Shown: piece by piece, positions 59,888 to 64,000 of the stretch
Layout of the letters: each line of letters opens with the position of its first letter
Numbering within the stretch: position 1 is the stretch's first letter
The notes under the pieces: generated by a model
The model's database searches: none
Told to the model about the DNA's origin: nothing
What the model saw: the letters and a program-made list of their open reading frames with translations, nothing else
Assembly (NCBI GenBank): GCA_964187785.1
Contig: OZ076413.1
Location: forward strand, 41,852,001 to 41,916,000
Length of the DNA: 64,000 nucleotides
Reading direction: 5' to 3'
DNA from: Amphiscolops sp. MND2022
Taxonomy: Eukaryota
Translations under genes and position numbers: made by a program

Positions 59888-61893
59888 CTACAAGGACTGA
59901 CTACCTACTTCTCTTATTTGTTATAACTAAATTATTACAAACACCCAGCGTGAACTGCATACATTAAAAATATAAATTCGAAAGACTTTTGTCAATCGTC
60001 AGAAGGAGAATCGTCAATAAAAAACCTAAGATTTTAAAAAATAGTCAGTTCTAAAATGAAAACAAAAAACATTAGAAACCGCAGCACACCATCCGAGAAC
60101 TCTCAAAAATGACTTCGATAAGTTTATTTTAGAATTATTATGACCATATGAAATGAGAATACTCATTTGGAAGTATGCTCATACTATAGTCATAGTGGAA
60201 TGAGAAAATTAATCTAGCGTCCATTGTCACCAATAACAATATGACTTCAGTCATTATACCGTGAACAAAATGCCGGAATAATTTGCCAGCAGAAGAACAA
60301 AAAACAGCTTAAACGTTTAAAAACCCTTTTCAGTTAAATACTGGCTAGTTACGCTGGGTGTTAGATGTATGATAGTAACTTTTCAATAACAATGATGAAA
60401 TGAGAAATGACAAAAAGTGCTCGAATTAGACGCAAATGAAGTTTTTATTATGCGTTTGATTGACTACATATGCTTGTATTGAAATCCTCTCTAGAACGAC
60501 TTTGTTTTCGATGTTGAATTGTGATCAAATTGTTTGCCAGTGCTCTGTTAGGTATAAGTATATGAAAGTTGCTTCAATTGTAATGTATTATAATGTTTCA
60601 AACCATTTTGCGCATGAAAGACCTTTTAATCAGCGTGCTCTTTTAGAGCCATACTTTCTAGAAGAGACTAATTTTTGGTTGCGTTGCAAAAACAGGCTTG
60701 CTATGATGATCTAGCCAGACTTGGCAATACAGACGTGACTAGTCAAGCCATAGAAAGACAAAGTATCAAAAATTGCCAGAAAACCTTAGTCTCAGTGGAG
60801 GCTTAAAGAGGATTTATCTTTAGCAAACATGGACTTAGTTTCCAAATATATTTTATGTGTTTAAAAACTTAACCCACTGTATTTTTTTGCTAGTTTTCCC
60901 GATTTTTGAAATGATAATTGATGTTGAGCCAGTTATTTGAAATTTTCAAAAAACTAGGTGACGAATTGGTTGAGAATAGGTACAAAATGCGATGGATTAA
61001 ATGAAATTCAGTATTTCGAATATCTTGACTAATGTGATCGTTGTCTGAAAGTTTTACTTTTCCAGAAAATGTCGAGCATTTGCTCCAGAGAGCGTAGTTT
61101 CGGAATCATTTGCAGAAACTGCGTTCAGTTTTCATTAATTCGTATTCGAATGGAATTGAACAAGGTAATATGGCACTCCCCTGCTGAAATTGTTGAATGT
61201 AGTCACATGTTTCAGGCTGTGAAATTAGTTTCTAAATTGCTGTATTCAAATATTATGAACCCGAAAGATGCGTTCGAAAGCTGGTGAAAATAAAAAACTA
61301 GGGATTTTTTTCCGGTTTAATATGCGCCACGTCACGTATGTCGGTCTTTTACATGCTACAACGATTTTATCTATTTCGTTGTCAAAAAATGCAAACAACT
61401 TATCGCTTTAAAAAAATACATTGGCATCGCCTTCATTGTGCATCACCTTCTTTTGGCTGAGGTTTTTAAATGAGTTAACGAAGTAAGAACCAGAAGGGTG
61501 AAAAAAGTTATCTAAATGAGACTTTTTTTACTGCAATGGGCAATGGCGAAAGTTGAAAGCTGATCCCGATTTTTCATGTTAGCTCCTAGAAATAATAATT
61601 TCCGTTGAAAGAAGTTTGGACTGGTTGCTGAAAAACAATACCAGTTAGTAGAGACTGCGAAAAGAGCAATGACATGCTCAACTGCCACGTCAGAATTGCA
61701 TGAGAATTTTTAGAGGGTATCGTTATATACGCTATGATTTCACAGAGAGAGCATGAAGGTATTGTAGTTTTCCCTTTTTTGCTTTTTTTTCCTGAGCAAT
61801 GTGTGGCGATAAGCAAGTGTTATGGGAAAGTACGGGTGCTTTTTTTTCTGCGCGACAATTCTCTCGTTTCGGGAGGCAAGTCGCACAGTTCAG

Positions 61894-61966
61894 GCGTTCA
61901 TGGTCTAGTGGTAAGATGCCTGCTTTCAACCCGGAGGTATCGTGTTTGAACCGGTTCGTATGCGCT
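61894..61966 (+). other. tRNA-derived pseudogene or SINE head (Glu-TTC-like)
   Basis: A box TGGTCTAGTGG, CTTTCAA loop, B-box-like GTTTGAACC, downstream T run; stems imperfect. Confidence 0.5.
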
Positions 61967-62169
61967 ACTTTTTTTTCAATCCATGCTGCAGCCAAGCAGT
62001 CTATATTAGATAAGCTTCTGGTGAATGATACCGAAAGCGTTTCATGAGAATGTTCTCTTTTGAGTATGCCGTATACTCTTTAAGCTAGTCTTTTGATCTG
62101 AAAAGCAGCTTTGATGACAAAAAGCATTTCTTAATTGGGGACCCAAATTGTGTCGTTTTTGTGCCGTTT

Positions 62170-63150
62170 TTATTTTCCGCCCATATTTCATATATGGCAA
62201 AGGAAAATATTTAAATCAAACGGTTTTTTTTACAAAATTTGCCAAGAATTAATTTATGTTTAACTTTAAGGGTGTTACCCATAGAATTCAACTCACATAA
62301 ATTTAGGTTCGTGAGATATGTATTTGTAGAAATTTTTGGAGTTTTTTAAACTGACGAAAATGACCCCTTAATGACGAAATGACCCCAAAAATGACAAAAA
62401 TTCCCAAATTTCTCATTTTTTTAACGTTTTAATGCAATTTTTGTCATTTTTTTGAGAGATACCGCGAATTAGAATGTTGAAAACGTTCAACAGAGCACGA
62501 ATTCATTCTCCAATAGTCTTCTATGAAGAGATAAATGCGGTTTTGTACCAGAAAACTGACCCCAAAAATGACAAAATTTCCAAAATTTTCTGATTTTTAA
62601 CAATTTTGAGCAATTTTTGTCAAATTTTCGACATATTTCGTTAATTAAAATGTTGAGAACGCTCAACATTGCACGCATTTGCTGTCCGGTAGGCTTTTCA
62701 GAAAAGATAGTTGCTTTTTTTCAAATGAAAAAGGTCTCAAATTGATACTGTAAATAACAAAAAAAACCAAAACTTTCCATTTTTCAAATTTTTAAATGCA
62801 TTTTTGTCAAATTTTTGACAGACTTCGTAGATTAGAATGTTGAGAAGTGTCAGCAAGGAAAACGTATTAGTCCAGTAGGCTTTTCTAAAGAATTTATTGC
62901 AGTTTTCGTAATAAAAAATATCTCAAATTGGCCCCGAAAAAAAACAAAAACTCCAAAATTTCTCTATTTTTACCGTTTTCATGCGTTTTTTGTCAATTTT
63001 TTGATAAACATCGCAAATTAGAATGTTGCAAACGTTCAACAAGGCACGATGTTGTTGTCCAATAGTTTTCTAGGAAGAGATAAATGCGGTTTTGTCAGAG
63101 AAAATTTACCCAACAAATGACCAAAATTCCAAAAAATTCCTAATTTTTAA
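62170..63150 (+). repeat. Dispersed element carrying the ~185-bp tandem repeat (copy 3)
   Basis: Same start (TTTTCCGCCCATATTTCATA) and same unit as 31780. Confidence 0.7.
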
Positions 63151-63526
63151 CTGTTTTGGGGGTAGCTCTCAAGCTAAGACGGAGGAACTCAAGACATGGT
63201 TCGAACTAGAAAGATTGAAGGAACTCAAAGATAGAGTTCAAACTATTGAGATGGAGGGAACTCAAGATAGAGTTCAAGCCTTTGCTTTGAAGATTGAGTC
63301 TTGTCTCAAACAAGAGGAATAAATTGATAACGTTTATTGAAGAGTTCAGTAACGGTATGAAAGTATAATAATGATGCAAAGGAGGAGAATTTCAAGACTG
63401 GTTATTAACAAGTTGTTGACTATCAAACGATGAATTTACAGCCAAAGGGCAACAAAAAGGTCTATTCAGGTTGTTTACATATGTTCATGTACGCATACAT
63501 AAATGAGCAACATTACAAATGTCAAC

Positions 63527-63626
63527 TGATATGATTGATATATCAGAGGTCAAGAATGAATGAACAAAAATAGCAATGATATGATTGATATATCAGAGGT
63601 CAAGAATGAATGAACAAAAATAGTAA
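63527..63626. repeat. 50-bp tandem duplication
   Basis: TGATATGATTGATATATCAGAGGTCAAGAATGAATGAACAAAAATAG occurs twice. Confidence 0.9.
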
Positions 63627-63635
63627 CAAAAGATA

Positions 63636-63710
63636 GCACTGTTGCAGATTCGAACCCGGTCAGACTGGCTCGGAAGCAAACACTCATCCCATCCACTGTG
63701 CTAAGTGGAC
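63636..63710 (-). other. tRNA-derived SINE head or pseudo-tRNA (Gly-TCC-like)
   Basis: A box TAGCACAGTGG, CTTCCGA loop, B box GGTTCGAATC; acceptor stem not formed. Confidence 0.5.
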
Positions 63711-64000
63711 TGATAATTATACGATACTATTCTAATGTCGTGCGCCAACATCCCACCGGCCATGAAGTATCAGCTTAATTAAATATAGGGTTAGCACACG
63801 TAATACAAATTGGAAATTGAGTTGACTTTGGGTATTAGAGTTGGGTGTGTAGCTTGCTCCAGTTGAAAAATTCAAAATATTTGCTGGCTTCTTTTATTCT
63901 CTTCACACACTAAACCTCCTCCCTCGCCCCCCCTTCATCTGAATGGAAGGAATCCAGATCTGAGCAAAGTTCCCTTAGGACATTGGGAACCTACTCACCA

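Noticed and set aside
63092..63322. Coiled-coil ORF
   Set aside because: Starts inside the satellite repeat, is short, and has no supporting splice or start signals
61894..63710. Functional tRNA genes
   Set aside because: A and B boxes are present but the acceptor, anticodon or T stems do not pair properly; treated as SINE heads or pseudogenes

Overview
Eukaryotic (animal-like), AT-rich, repeat-rich genomic DNA. Positions 1-12824 hold the right-hand part of an apparently recent Maverick/Polinton endogenous virus. It has an intact protein-primed PolB, an A32/FtsK packaging ATPase, DEDD-exonuclease-like and PLA2-like genes, several PC4-like ORFs, and an AGTAGT terminus at 12824. Its accessory block encodes an intronless, signal-anchored EGF-family ligand with the same Cys spacing as EGF. 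Its two intergenic promoter regions, one of them upstream of PolB, carry dense clusters of perfect CArG/SRF boxes plus E-box and AP-1 sites. Together these suggest (inference) an autocrine EGF->MAPK->SRF loop that could drive viral transcription. The rest of the window is the 5' part of a minus-strand axonemal dynein heavy chain gene (DNAH5/8-like), with candidate alternative first exons and a 12-nt microexon. A three-exon PLAC8/cornifelin-like gene is nested antisense in one intron. The introns also contain a 2.2-kb solo LTR with an internal ORF and a GGCC-N6-GGCC array, two foldback MULE-type MITEs with 9-bp TSDs, Helentron-like non-autonomous elements, ~185-bp satellite-bearing repeats, decayed Gypsy and LINE copies and tRNA-derived SINE heads. 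All homology calls are from motif recognition only; no searches were run.
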